This document shows positions 38,527 through 49,106 of a stretch of 64,000 nt of DNA, piece by piece. Under the pieces are notes generated by a model, which saw only the letters and a program-made list of their open reading frames with translations, was not told the DNA's origin and did no database searches. The stretch is from a virus. Taxonomy: Duplodnaviria; Caudoviricetes. Made by a program: the position numbers and the translations under genes. The DNA lies in IMG/VR virus record IMGVR_UViG_3300028735_000004, positions 32,001 through 96,000 of that record. One strand, given 5' to 3'. Every line of letters begins with the position of its first letter. The first letter of the stretch is position 1.

Positions 38527-39525
38527 TTATAACCCCACTTGAATGCCAGCGCCAACTGATACTGCGCCATCAAAACCAACTTGAACTTGAGGGGCAACAT
38601 ATGTATTACGAATAACTTTTGGTATATGTTGTCCAACATTGTACGCAGCCGGAACAATTACGACTTGTGGTTGTTTTGATACTATATCATAACCCATACC
38701 TAATTGTAAAAATGACCAATCAGGACTATCGTTATATTTACCGTAAGTCATAAAACCAAATGTTGCATTGGGTGTAAATTCACCATTAACTCCTGGTTTA
38801 GCGGTTTGTATATTAATACCACCGCCTGCACCGATATAAAGTCTTGGATTCCAGAATTTAAATTTTGCTCCAGGATATTCTTGAATTAATTTCGCATTAT
38901 TAATATTTACTGGATATTCTTTACCGTCTACACTAACTGAAAATTTATTATAAATATACTGCTTGCCTTCTTCATCTTTGCCTATAACATTAACCATATT
39001 ATAAGATCTTTGTTTTACGCTAACATCCCAAGGTTTTTCTTTCCAGGCGCTAAAACTAACTGATCCGATAGGTACTGATGTTTCATTAAATTTCTCAGAT
39101 AATTCTAAATTTTGTTTGTTTTTCAAATAACCATATAGATCTACTGAGCAAGATGTAGGTTCAACCGGATCTGGTCGAGGATCTGTGCTTGTAGAAGGTA
39201 TATTTGTTCCAGATTGAGCTCTACTATATACAATTGTTTTATTTACTGCAACAACTGAAGCGTTCAATTTGCCTAAATCTTGCCTTATCACATTAAGATT
39301 TACATTATTTTCTTTAATAAATTCATCCATATCCTTTTTAGTAGCGTATTGGGACATAGATCTAACTATGTGATCGTTTAATTGTTTTTGTTCTACGATG
39401 CTTTCATTTATTGCTGCTTGTCGTGAAATAATTTGTTGTTGGAAATAAATTATAAAACCTAATCCACATAAAATTAAAACAAACGACAATACTACAATTA
39501 TTATATGTTTTAAAGATATTGTCAT
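38527..39525 (-). CDS. Membrane-anchored protein: N-terminal TM, coiled coil, C-terminal amphipathic beta strands
   Basis: IIIVVLSFVLILCGLGFIIYF TM segment. C-terminus LYIGAGGG..LQLGMGYD..VSVGAGIQVGL. AAGGAG Shine-Dalgarno. Confidence 0.75.
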   Translation of the reverse strand: MTISLKHIIIVVLSFVLILCGLGFIIYFQQQIISRQAAINESIVEQKQLNDHIVRSMSQYATKKDMDEFIKENNVNLNVIRQDLGKLNASVVAVNKTIVYSRAQSGTNIPSTSTDPRPDPVEPTSCSVDLYGYLKNKQNLELSEKFNETSVPIGSVSFSAWKEKPWDVSVKQRSYNMVNVIGKDEEGKQYIYNKFSVSVDGKEYPVNINNAKLIQEYPGAKFKFWNPRLYIGAGGGINIQTAKPGVNGEFTPNATFGFMTYGKYNDSPDWSFLQLGMGYDIVSKQPQVVIVPAAYNVGQHIPKVIRNTYVAPQVQVGFDGAVSVGAGIQVGL

Positions 39526-39547
39526 TTTAGTACTCCTTTAGCCCCAT

Positions 39548-39575
39548 ACTATAACTCTGGTACCAAAGATGTCAA
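39548..39575 (-). promoter_or_regulatory. Sigma-70-type promoter TTGACA-16 nt-TATAGT
   Basis: Minus strand reads ttgaca tctttggtaccagagt tatagt, directly upstream of the AAGGAG RBS of 38527-39525. Confidence 0.75.
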
Positions 39576-39580
39576 TACTT

Positions 39581-40722
39581 TTATTTTTTCCATACATTAT
39601 AATAAATTTCTTTAATATCAATATTATTTAAATTTAATTGTAAATTAAATACTTTAGATTGATTCTCAATAAGGCTACATAAATCTTCCAATTTTGTTCT
39701 ATAAAATAATGATGGTATAATGAATAATTTTATATTATATTTTTTGCATAATTTTATTTTTAACCTGTCTCTTTTTTTTAAATCCTCAAATTCTTTATTT
39801 GTTTTAAAAAATTTTCCTATCATCTCATAGTGTTGCTCACCTTGATGCTCAAAAGCAATTTTTAATTTTTCACAAAATCCATCTAACTGTAGTAAATAAC
39901 CAGTATTATGATTTTTTAACCATACCGGAAAACATTTTGGAAATTTTTCATCAAAAATTTTTTCAAATAGCAATCTGCATATTTCTTCTGATAAAAATTT
40001 ATTAGAACATTCTGGACACCACATATTTTTACTAACAATATTATTAGGCTTAATTTAAATTTATGATTATTTTTACATTCCCATTCAATTTTCTGGCCGG
40101 AGTTATAATATATATTAGAAATTAATTTACCTCCAAAATTAAATGCTATTTGTTGCAAATCATTAATTGATAATTTTGCATTACCAGCACATTTGGGGCA
40201 CCATTTGTTTTTTTTGATATTATTAGGAGTAGCTGACCAAATATGATTTTCAGAACATTTCCATAACAATTTATTATTCACCCCATTATAAATATCAGAT
40301 AAACAATCACCGTTTTTATTTTTCGCAAGTACCTTCATATCATCAATTGATAACTTTGCATTACCTGCGCATTTTGGACACCATATATTTCTATATATAA
40401 TCGAATCATATATAGCATACCATTTATGACCAAATTTACATTCCCATAATATTTTATCTTTACAATTTTTAACTGTATTGGATAAACATTTTCATTCTTT
40501 TAGTGAAGCAAAATATCTCAATTCGTCAATATTGATTTTGCCTTTTTTATTACAACTGGGGCACCATTCTCCGTTTTTTAATTTATAATAATTTTTACTA
40601 AAAGTATGATTAAATTTACATTTTATTAAAACTTTTTCATTATATTTAATATTATCTTTTATATCTGATAATAACTCTCCACCGTTATTAGATATAATTT
40701 CTATTATTTTGAAACTTTCCAT
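39581..40722 (-). pseudogene. Degenerate homing endonuclease (repeated zinc-ribbon modules plus PD-(D/E)xK nuclease)
   Basis: Three track ORFs join through an in-frame TGA at 40492-40494 and a one-base frameshift near 40045. Repeats G.CLS...WEC..H.W...WCPKC and nuclease LQLDGFCEKLKIAFEHQGEQH. Confidence 0.82.
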
Positions 40723-41405
40723 TTGTTTATAAAAATCTTTCTCGCTTCTGTATATAATTTATTAGTGTTCAATTGAGAACTTGATATTTTTCCAAAATGT
40801 ATAACTGGAATTTGTACTAATTTAAATTTAAATTTTAATTTTTTGCTCCTAAAACCCATATCCGTATCTTCAAAATAAGCAATACCAAACTCTTCAGAAA
40901 ATGGTCCAATATAATTATTTATTATTAATTTATTAAATGTTCTTTTATTTCCAGCCAAGCACCAACCGCTCATATAATTAATATCTTTTTTAGAATCATT
41001 GGTTTCATATAAAAATTGAAAAGTTTTAGGATCTACCTTTCCACCAGTAGGACCAACGAGCGTATCTTCTTCTAATTCATTAATTAATAAATCTGTCCAA
41101 TTATTATGATTACATTTGACTCTAATATCATTATTTAAAAACAATACATTAGCATAGTGAGAAGCATTATAACCTCTATTACAGGCTTGTGCAAACCCAT
41201 AATTTTTATCATTTCTAATATAAATAATATTATAATGATCTTTCATAAAACTTCTAACAACTTCTTCTGTATTATCTTTGCTATCATTATCTATAATGAT
41301 TATTTCATTCTTATCTTTATCTAATTGACATAAATCTTGAAGACAACTTTTAGTAAAATTAGATTTATTAAATACTGGAATACAAATGCTTAACCGATCG
41401 GTCAT
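40704..41405 (-). CDS. Glycosyltransferase family 2
   Basis: SICIPVFN, IIDNDSKD, GFAQACN, FLNND, GWCL and YFEDTDMG. Confidence 0.92.
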   Translation of the reverse strand: MTDRLSICIPVFNKSNFTKSCLQDLCQLDKDKNEIIIIDNDSKDNTEEVVRSFMKDHYNIIYIRNDKNYGFAQACNRGYNASHYANVLFLNNDIRVKCNHNNWTDLLINELEEDTLVGPTGGKVDPKTFQFLYETNDSKKDINYMSGWCLAGNKRTFNKLIINNYIGPFSEEFGIAYFEDTDMGFRSKKLKFKFKLVQIPVIHFGKISSSQLNTNKLYTEARKIFINKWKVSK

Positions 41406-42073
41406 TTTATTAATTCCCAAATAAATTGATAAACATTACCATAAGGTTTTTTCTTTAAAAAATCAACAACTTCAGCTGGCAAATTATCATATGAATTATT
41501 AAACTCAGTATGTTCTGGCTCAACTCTTGTATCTTGCATTTCTTTTATTTTAAAACCACATCTTTTAATCATACTTTTTAAAGTTTTATATGTAAAAAAT
41601 CTAATGTGAGTATTATCACATAAGCCCAAATTACGATATTCAAAATTATTATTCAATAAGTCTATTATAACCGCGTTGTGAGCTATATTCGGTATAGATA
41701 TTAAAACAGAACCTTTATCTTTAATAAATTCTTTTGCTTCCATTAACACCTTTTCAGGATCATATAAATGTTCTAAAACATCTGCAAAAATAATATAATC
41801 AAAATCTTTAGGTAAAGTTTTCCAACTAAAATCTTCAATATCAGATCCTACAAAATTATAATTAGCATCAGCAAACTGTAATGCTTCAGACCCAGCATCT
41901 ATATCTTGCTCTACTATTACAACATTACAATTTAACTGCTCTTTCATATATTTTGTCATTCGACCGTGAGCGGAACCAAATTCCAAAACTTTAGAGTTAG
42001 GTTTTATCTTTTGTAATATCAAAGATGCAGAACTACCATCATTAATATCTAATGTAAAATTATATTTACTCAT
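41402..42073 (-). CDS. Class I SAM-dependent methyltransferase of the type found in glycan clusters
   Basis: VLEFGSAHG, FDYIIFADVLEHL, LISIPN and HIRFFT. Confidence 0.88.
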   Translation of the reverse strand: MSKYNFTLDINDGSSASLILQKIKPNSKVLEFGSAHGRMTKYMKEQLNCNVVIVEQDIDAGSEALQFADANYNFVGSDIEDFSWKTLPKDFDYIIFADVLEHLYDPEKVLMEAKEFIKDKGSVLISIPNIAHNAVIIDLLNNNFEYRNLGLCDNTHIRFFTYKTLKSMIKRCGFKIKEMQDTRVEPEHTEFNNSYDNLPAEVVDFLKKKPYGNVYQFIWELIK

Positions 42074-43191
42074 ACTTCTTTAGATAATTGTAAAATTTGT
42101 TGAGTGATATTATTCCAATTATATTTTTGAATAACATCTTGCTGTTGTAATTTGACTTTTTGTTTTAAATCATTTAGGTTATTTACAGCATATTGTAATT
42201 TATTAGCGGCATCGTTAATATCTGGAACAAACCATAAGGAAGGTTTGCTTTGCCAATACATCGATTTTGGATTTGCTTTCTCAATAGATCCATCAACTAA
42301 CAATGAATTAGTGTTGTTTAAAAAATCCAATTGACCCCCATAATTAGAGCAAACATTAACTAAACCAAATGCTAATGCCTCTAAACCCGGCATATAAAAA
42401 CCTTCACAATGATTTAAGCTAAACAAAATATCACAAGATTTATACAAACCTTCTATATCTGGAATAAATTCTTTTATCACTTTAATCTCTGCGTGATTTT
42501 TATATTTTTGTTGAAATGTTTTAAATATAGAGTTAAATGATACATCAAATGGTAATTTAGGCTCTTTATCAACAACTTTTAATATTAAACAAACATCATC
42601 TTTATTTGTAAAAGCCTTGCCGAATGCTTCTAAAGCCCCTGGAAGATTTTTTCGTAAATGTGGCTGAGCAATATTTAATAATATTTTCGTTTGTTTATTT
42701 GTTTTTATTTGAAGTGGTTGGGTTGTCTCAAATTTATCGACATTAACACCGTGAGGTATAACTATAATTTTTTCTTCAGGTACACCACTATCTATAAATG
42801 TTTGTTTAACGAAATTAGATGGTGCTAAAATTCTATGACAATATTTATAATTTTTTGCAAAACCATCTGGAAGGGAATTTTTCCCAGCCCACTCCCAAGC
42901 CCAAATACCAAATTTTTTAGACTTTTGGCTATGATTTAAATATACTGGAAAATTTTTCATAGCCGTATAACTTAACTCTAAATCATAATCATTGTCAAAA
43001 TTCTCAACTAAATATGGTTTTAAATCATCTGGAAAATGAAGCAAGCCATTGGTGGATTGCAAATGCACAGTGTGATTTTGATGTATTAAGCTACGAGCAA
43101 TATTTTGCCCAATAATACTCCAAGAATGCAATTCGCCTAAAAATTGTTGAATAGATATTTTCACACAAAGATTTATATCCTTGTATAACAA
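42070..43191 (-). CDS. Glycosyltransferase family 4 (GT-B)
   Basis: WAWE, LAPSNF, IPHGV and EGFYMPGLEALAFG..SNYGGQLDF. Confidence 0.92.
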   Translation of the reverse strand: MLYKDINLCVKISIQQFLGELHSWSIIGQNIARSLIHQNHTVHLQSTNGLLHFPDDLKPYLVENFDNDYDLELSYTAMKNFPVYLNHSQKSKKFGIWAWEWAGKNSLPDGFAKNYKYCHRILAPSNFVKQTFIDSGVPEEKIIVIPHGVNVDKFETTQPLQIKTNKQTKILLNIAQPHLRKNLPGALEAFGKAFTNKDDVCLILKVVDKEPKLPFDVSFNSIFKTFQQKYKNHAEIKVIKEFIPDIEGLYKSCDILFSLNHCEGFYMPGLEALAFGLVNVCSNYGGQLDFLNNTNSLLVDGSIEKANPKSMYWQSKPSLWFVPDINDAANKLQYAVNNLNDLKQKVKLQQQDVIQKYNWNNITQQILQLSKEV

Positions 43192-43205
43192 TATTTATTA
43201 AAATA

Positions 43206-45851
43206 TTATGATACAGTTAATGTATTGGTGCCTTGAGAGGACGAATAACAATTGGTTGGATTATATACCGCTCTAATAGTAAATATTCCAACATCATAGT
43301 CCCAAGGCGAAACGGTAATTGAGGCATAACTTGCAACTAATGTAGCTGAACTAATAAATACTTCTGGACCCGCCGGGTCTCCACCTATTGTTAATTGTTG
43401 ATAATAAAAATCAACAGTTCCATCAGGAGATCCTCCAGAAACATAGGCAGTAAATGTTGTTGTTCCGTGAATTGATATAAACATAGGATCAATTGTTAAA
43501 GTCGTTGTAGTTGAAGTTGGTGAATTAACCTGATATTCAGTAATAGTATCATTGCTGGTATTATAATTACTATCTCCTTGATAATAAGCCTTAATGCGCC
43601 AAGTTCCTGCCGGCACTATACTGTTGCTAATATTGCAGGTCGCCCCTCCAACCGACGGAACAAGTGTAGCTGAACCAATCGTAATTTCAGGAGTGCCCAC
43701 ACGAGGTGCGTATTTAAATATAACCGTTCCGGATGGAGTTCCTGAGCCTGGAAAATTTACAGATACATCAGCGGTGTATGTTGTATTAGAGCCAGCACAT
43801 CCGACACCAGGAGATGCAGATAAAGACACAGAAGTGTTTGCTTTATTCACAGTTTGTACAATAGGATCTGATGTTTTTGGACCAAATATACCGTCTCCAA
43901 GGTATGAAGCAGTTATATTAAATGTTCCGGCGCCAAAAAAAGTAATAGATCCATTACCAATACCCGCTAATAAAGAAGAGGTGGCGACCACAGTTCCATT
44001 TTTTTTAAATTGAACATTTCCGGTAGGAGTTCCATAAATACTTGAGACAGTTGCAATATAATTAATAGTTTCTCCAACTACAGATGGATTTGGATCCGCT
44101 ATCGCTTTTTCAATTGTTATAGATGTTCCATATCCAATTACTTGATGAACTAATGTAGAAGAATATGCCGGCAAATAATTATTATCACCGTAATAAATTG
44201 CTGACAAATAATATGTTCCAGCTGATAAAAATACAGGATTATAATTTAATTGACCTGAAGATAAAGTGCCAGAATACAATGCATCATATCCATCTTTAAA
44301 GAAAATCACATCACCTGTCGGGGTAGCAACAGAGCCGACCACATAAGCACTAAATGTTAAAGTATCGCCTAATTCAGATGGATTAGTGCCTAATGTTTGA
44401 TATAATAAAATAGTTGAAACTGATTTATAAATATCGTGATATAATTCTTGAGATAATCCATTATGATTGCTATCTCCAGAATAAATCGCTGTAAATAAAT
44501 GCGTTCCAGCATTAAAATCATAACCAGAAATAGATGCAGTAGCAACTCCATCGATATTGGACAGAATTGCAGAACCAATTAAATAATATCCGTCATAAAA
44601 ATTAATGCTACCAGAAGGAACGCTACCATAATCACCAGAAACTTTACATAATAAATATATATTAGAGCCATAACCAGATGGATTTGATCCAGGAATGCTA
44701 AAATCTAAATATACTCCGGCTTTACTAACCGTGTAATTTAATGTGGCTGTTTTTGTTTCAAAAACCTCAGTGCCTCTATATATCGCTCTTAAATAATGAG
44801 ATCCTGTAGATAATGAAGAAATTGATAATTCAGTATATCCATCAGATAAATATCCACTACCAAGAAAAGTATAATACCCATCATAAAAATCAACAATTCC
44901 ATCAGGAACCGATGTTGATGTTAATGTTGCATTTAATGTTATAAGTTGATTATAATAAGAAGAAGTTGGAGATGCGGTTAATGTCATACTTACTGGAGTA
45001 TAAACCGGATCTGTAATAACTTGACTTAAAATATTAGAAGTATTAGTTAAATGATTTCTGCTGCCTAAATAAACTGCTGTAATATAATGAGTACCTATAT
45101 CAGCAATTTTAGTAGTGAATACAACTGTACCAGAACCGTCTAATGTTCCAGTTGCTAATAATGTAGTATAGCCATCATAAAAACTTACTCTTCCTTGTGG
45201 TATTCCATAAGAAGAAGATACTTGTGCTGAAAAATTAACTAATTGATTATTGCCGGCCGGATTTAGATTGGATGTTAAATTTACTGTTGTTGAGATTGGT
45301 GAAATTAATTGAGATATTGGTAAAGTAATACTTGGACCATAAAAATCATTACCTACATAATACGCTTTAACTTCATATAATCCGCCTTCAAGGAAAACAT
45401 CTCCGGAATTAGCTACACCTAAATTATTTAACTCTACTTCCTTAATTTCTAAATTATTTGAATAAAATTTTACACGACCTTGAGGAATAGATCCGTCTGC
45501 AGATAATACAGTTGCAGTAAAATTAACAAACTCTCCATAATTAATTGAAAAGTTAGAGCTAATTAATGAAATTGAGGTAGAAATTGGAGTTCTACTAACC
45601 ACATTTTCTATAACAATTGAAGATACGCTTGTGTTGAAGCGGCCCTGACCATCATATTCGGCGATAATATTATTATTTCCTGGATTTAAATCAGATACTT
45701 CTAATTCTGCTTCTCCCCTGGAATTTAATTTTACCCTACCTATTTCTACATTACCATTTTTAAAAACAACAAATCCTTTGGGAATAACAGGAGTATCCAA
45801 AGATATTACTTTGGCTTTTACTTTTACCTTATCTCCTTGTTTAATAACCAT
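43206..45851 (-). CDS. Virion protein of tandem bacterial Ig-like (group 3) repeats
   Basis: About nine roughly 95 aa repeats of T..TL.S..NP...G..V.F.A.V....P.G.V.F.DG....G...L....H...A.Y.G. Confidence 0.88.
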   Translation of the reverse strand: MVIKQGDKVKVKAKVISLDTPVIPKGFVVFKNGNVEIGRVKLNSRGEAELEVSDLNPGNNNIIAEYDGQGRFNTSVSSIVIENVVSRTPISTSISLISSNFSINYGEFVNFTATVLSADGSIPQGRVKFYSNNLEIKEVELNNLGVANSGDVFLEGGLYEVKAYYVGNDFYGPSITLPISQLISPISTTVNLTSNLNPAGNNQLVNFSAQVSSSYGIPQGRVSFYDGYTTLLATGTLDGSGTVVFTTKIADIGTHYITAVYLGSRNHLTNTSNILSQVITDPVYTPVSMTLTASPTSSYYNQLITLNATLTSTSVPDGIVDFYDGYYTFLGSGYLSDGYTELSISSLSTGSHYLRAIYRGTEVFETKTATLNYTVSKAGVYLDFSIPGSNPSGYGSNIYLLCKVSGDYGSVPSGSINFYDGYYLIGSAILSNIDGVATASISGYDFNAGTHLFTAIYSGDSNHNGLSQELYHDIYKSVSTILLYQTLGTNPSELGDTLTFSAYVVGSVATPTGDVIFFKDGYDALYSGTLSSGQLNYNPVFLSAGTYYLSAIYYGDNNYLPAYSSTLVHQVIGYGTSITIEKAIADPNPSVVGETINYIATVSSIYGTPTGNVQFKKNGTVVATSSLLAGIGNGSITFFGAGTFNITASYLGDGIFGPKTSDPIVQTVNKANTSVSLSASPGVGCAGSNTTYTADVSVNFPGSGTPSGTVIFKYAPRVGTPEITIGSATLVPSVGGATCNISNSIVPAGTWRIKAYYQGDSNYNTSNDTITEYQVNSPTSTTTTLTIDPMFISIHGTTTFTAYVSGGSPDGTVDFYYQQLTIGGDPAGPEVFISSATLVASYASITVSPWDYDVGIFTIRAVYNPTNCYSSSQGTNTLTVS

Positions 45852-48800
45852 TATGTTAAGATAATTAGGGTATCATTACCACAGTTGAAAGTTTCTGGAG
45901 TTAATTCAAGTATGTTTTGTGTTTTGCTTGCAGAAACAAATAATGGTTTATTGTTCCAACCTGCTTTTTTAAGATAAACAGTGATATTTAATTTTGTGCT
46001 TAAGGTTTGAAGTGTAAAATCATCAAACAAATTAGCAAAATTTAAATATAATAAACCGGTTTGATGGTCTAAATAAATACCCATTCTACCATCAACTATT
46101 GGACCGCTCATATTATCACAATAATACCCATCCAATAATGGAGAATTAGATTGTAATGAAACCGATATTCTAACCTGATCCTTAAGTAATGCATCCGATT
46201 CTACTACGGAACAATCCGCAAATTTCATAGAATTATATCCAAGTCGAGTTTTACCGTTTCCATCTTGATTGCATATAAAGTCAGCAAATAAGTTTATATA
46301 TTTTTCTTCAACAATCGCTGATGCAGGTAATTCTAAAGTAATTTGACCAACTTCAAAATCTACTTTATAGAAATAACCATCAGATCTTAAAATTTCTCCA
46401 CCTAAGTTCATAACCAAATTGTTAGGTATAAAGAAATCATTTTTGCCAGGATCAAATGCCTCTATAAATGGATAAATATCGCTTGACTTTCCGCTTACAT
46501 TACAGGTATTTATGTTATGACCACTTTGATATGTAAATGCAACTGGAACCATTCTTACATTTGGACTTGTTGTAATATAATAATCATTCCAAGATAATTG
46601 TTTTACTATATTAAATGCAACCGGACTTGTTAAAAGATCTTGGCCATATAAAGAGAAGCCTAAATTATAACCGTCTGCTAAAATATCTGGAACAATATGT
46701 ATTAATGAACTTCTATTATTTATGCTTGAACTATAATCATCATCTCTGTCGGTGAATTGTTCTAATGTTAATTTCAAAACATTAAACTTAGTACCAATTT
46801 TATTGGCAGGAGAGGATGTAGCGGGAAATGGAGGGTTTTTATAAATATAATCAGTTAGTAAGCTTGTATCTACGCTGCTTACGATCATATCTCCATTGAT
46901 ATCAGCCTTATACGCCTGCAATATTACTTCTGGACTATAATATAATTTTTTAATAGTAATATTATTTGGATCAAGTAATGCGGTAATACTAAATGAACCT
47001 ATATTTTTTGGATTAATAGCAGTAGGAATATGAACTTTTAAAGTAGATAAATTAGATAAAGCAGAAAAATTGGTTGATGCACTTGCAAAATTAGCCAAGG
47101 TGCCATCTAAAACATTTACGGTTAAAATACCATCAGTACCGCTTGCTACAACATTTACTCCATCTAATACTTGGAATGTAAGGGGACCATCATCAACGAA
47201 ATAATTAGTTAGAGAAATATAATCTTGTTGTGTTGGTACGGATGTTAAATTTACACCTAATAAATTTTGTGCTATCGCTAAATCATTTTCATCAACAACA
47301 CCATCATCATTTAAATCACCGTATGTTAATGAAATTAATTCACTTCTACAAATTCTATAAAAATTTGTAGGATTAGATATGTTAGGAATAAATTTTGCGT
47401 TATTTAAATTGCCATTTAAGAATTCTGTTACTAAATTTAAAACATCTAAATCATATCGCGGATCTGTAGGATCGTCTATAATTTTAATTAATAATTCGTT
47501 TTTAACTATACAGTATTCTCTTAAATAAGCCGATATAGCGGCCGATAATGCATTATAAGATTTGACATTTTTATCTGAAACAGTGCCTAAAATCAATGGA
47601 TCTGATGTTTGAGTTAATTTTAATAACTCACTATCTTTAATTAAAGATAAGGACGGTTCATATTGTTTAATACTATCTATTGTATTGCCAGTTCTTGCAT
47701 CTTGAACAGGCACGCTTGTATTTTCAACAGCAGAAAGATGAGCGTAATATACATCGTTTCTGACAAAGGATACATTATCTAAACAATAATCAATATTTAC
47801 ACCAGTATTATTATCTAATTTAACTTTCGGTACAGAAACACCCACACCTGCATCATAAGCCTGACCATCTGAAATTTTAACTGCATCAGACCATACTTGA
47901 AACCATAAACTTTCTTCAGAAACATCTACCCAATCATTACCATCAAATAATGTTAATCTGCTTTCTGAAAAAATATTTTCTCCGACAGCAAATTTAATAC
48001 TACACTTATTTGCCGAACCTGCTCTTTTAACGGTTATTACATAATATTTATCTGCAGATATAGCGGTTCCTGCACCAACCGCAGTATTACTGAAAATAAA
48101 ATCAACAGGTTGTGGAACAGTATCTAATACAACTCCACGATCTGCTAAACTATTATAATTAAAACTTAATTGTGCTAAAGGAATATTTGATGGTGGGAAA
48201 TCTATTGCTAATGTCGGTGATATTTCAACCGGACAATCTAATACAGATTGCAATGGATATAAACTAACTATTAAATCACCATTCCATACTAAATCTGCTG
48301 GATTAGATGAATTATCTACGGACATCAATAAGGTAATTTTTTGAATATTACTATTTGATGCTAAAAATTTTTGACCTATTTGAGAAACTACATCATTTTC
48401 TGCCAATTCTCTTAATTGTCTATATCCAGTTTTAATATTTAAGGTATCTAAATTATAACTTGGTAAGGCTTGTTGTAGCATACTTGATAATGAACCGCCT
48501 CCAGAAACAAAGAAATCTCTAAAAAATAAATTTGGTTCTACATCTTGCGCTAACATTAAACTATCTCGAGAAATAGTTAATGGATTAGTTTCTTTAATAA
48601 CAATTCTGCCACCCAAATTAAAAGATAAATTAGCGTCCCCAATGAAATCATTAAAAAATACTTTTAATACTCTAACATAATGGTTTTTAGAAAATTGTTT
48701 TTCATTTGTATGAAACACAAATCTATCATACTGTAATGTATTTTCAAAATTTAAACCTATAATTAATACTTTAACTGTTCTTTTACCAGTAGCCAAAGAT

Positions 48801-49075
48801 CCAGATAATTCAACTTCTAATTGAGATCCTTGATTTTGATCTCTGGGCTGATTTTGAAAATCTATACCCTTGCCATCTAATACGCCAGAAACCAATAAAG
48901 AATCAAATAATTGTTTTTGAGATAATACATCTGGAACTACACCGGATCCAAAATGATTATTAATAATTCCAGTTTGAATTTGATTGTTATAACTTTGTTC
49001 AGTTAATAAATCAGCATCATCAATATTTTGACCATTAAACCATTTATTTTGTGGAGCTGATACCGGTATTCTCAT
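45851..49075 (-). CDS. Large putative baseplate/tail structural protein with dockerin-like Ca-binding motifs
   Basis: In the baseplate operon. GDLNDDGVVDENDL and ADINGDMIVSSVDT motifs. Confidence 0.7.
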   Translation of the reverse strand: MRIPVSAPQNKWFNGQNIDDADLLTEQSYNNQIQTGIINNHFGSGVVPDVLSQKQLFDSLLVSGVLDGKGIDFQNQPRDQNQGSQLEVELSGSLATGKRTVKVLIIGLNFENTLQYDRFVFHTNEKQFSKNHYVRVLKVFFNDFIGDANLSFNLGGRIVIKETNPLTISRDSLMLAQDVEPNLFFRDFFVSGGGSLSSMLQQALPSYNLDTLNIKTGYRQLRELAENDVVSQIGQKFLASNSNIQKITLLMSVDNSSNPADLVWNGDLIVSLYPLQSVLDCPVEISPTLAIDFPPSNIPLAQLSFNYNSLADRGVVLDTVPQPVDFIFSNTAVGAGTAISADKYYVITVKRAGSANKCSIKFAVGENIFSESRLTLFDGNDWVDVSEESLWFQVWSDAVKISDGQAYDAGVGVSVPKVKLDNNTGVNIDYCLDNVSFVRNDVYYAHLSAVENTSVPVQDARTGNTIDSIKQYEPSLSLIKDSELLKLTQTSDPLILGTVSDKNVKSYNALSAAISAYLREYCIVKNELLIKIIDDPTDPRYDLDVLNLVTEFLNGNLNNAKFIPNISNPTNFYRICRSELISLTYGDLNDDGVVDENDLAIAQNLLGVNLTSVPTQQDYISLTNYFVDDGPLTFQVLDGVNVVASGTDGILTVNVLDGTLANFASASTNFSALSNLSTLKVHIPTAINPKNIGSFSITALLDPNNITIKKLYYSPEVILQAYKADINGDMIVSSVDTSLLTDYIYKNPPFPATSSPANKIGTKFNVLKLTLEQFTDRDDDYSSSINNRSSLIHIVPDILADGYNLGFSLYGQDLLTSPVAFNIVKQLSWNDYYITTSPNVRMVPVAFTYQSGHNINTCNVSGKSSDIYPFIEAFDPGKNDFFIPNNLVMNLGGEILRSDGYFYKVDFEVGQITLELPASAIVEEKYINLFADFICNQDGNGKTRLGYNSMKFADCSVVESDALLKDQVRISVSLQSNSPLLDGYYCDNMSGPIVDGRMGIYLDHQTGLLYLNFANLFDDFTLQTLSTKLNITVYLKKAGWNNKPLFVSASKTQNILELTPETFNCGNDTLIILT

Positions 49076-49106
49076 TTTTATCTCTTTATTATATATATCT
49101 TAAAAA

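Noticed and set aside
40492-40494. In-frame TGA at a Gly position suggesting TGA=Gly or Trp recoding
   Set aside because: TGA acts as a normal stop with ATGA coupling at 5311-5314, 6718-6721 and 16857-16860, and Trp is coded TGG. The same gene also has a frameshift, so it is best read as a pseudogene.
43594-44013. Plus-strand ORF and the other short antisense or alternate-frame ORFs in the track (for example 432-680, 8991-9262, 17920-18231, 33240-33845, 50866-51207, 59831-60067)
   Set aside because: They lie entirely within well-supported genes and have no motifs or RBS, so they are shadow ORFs.
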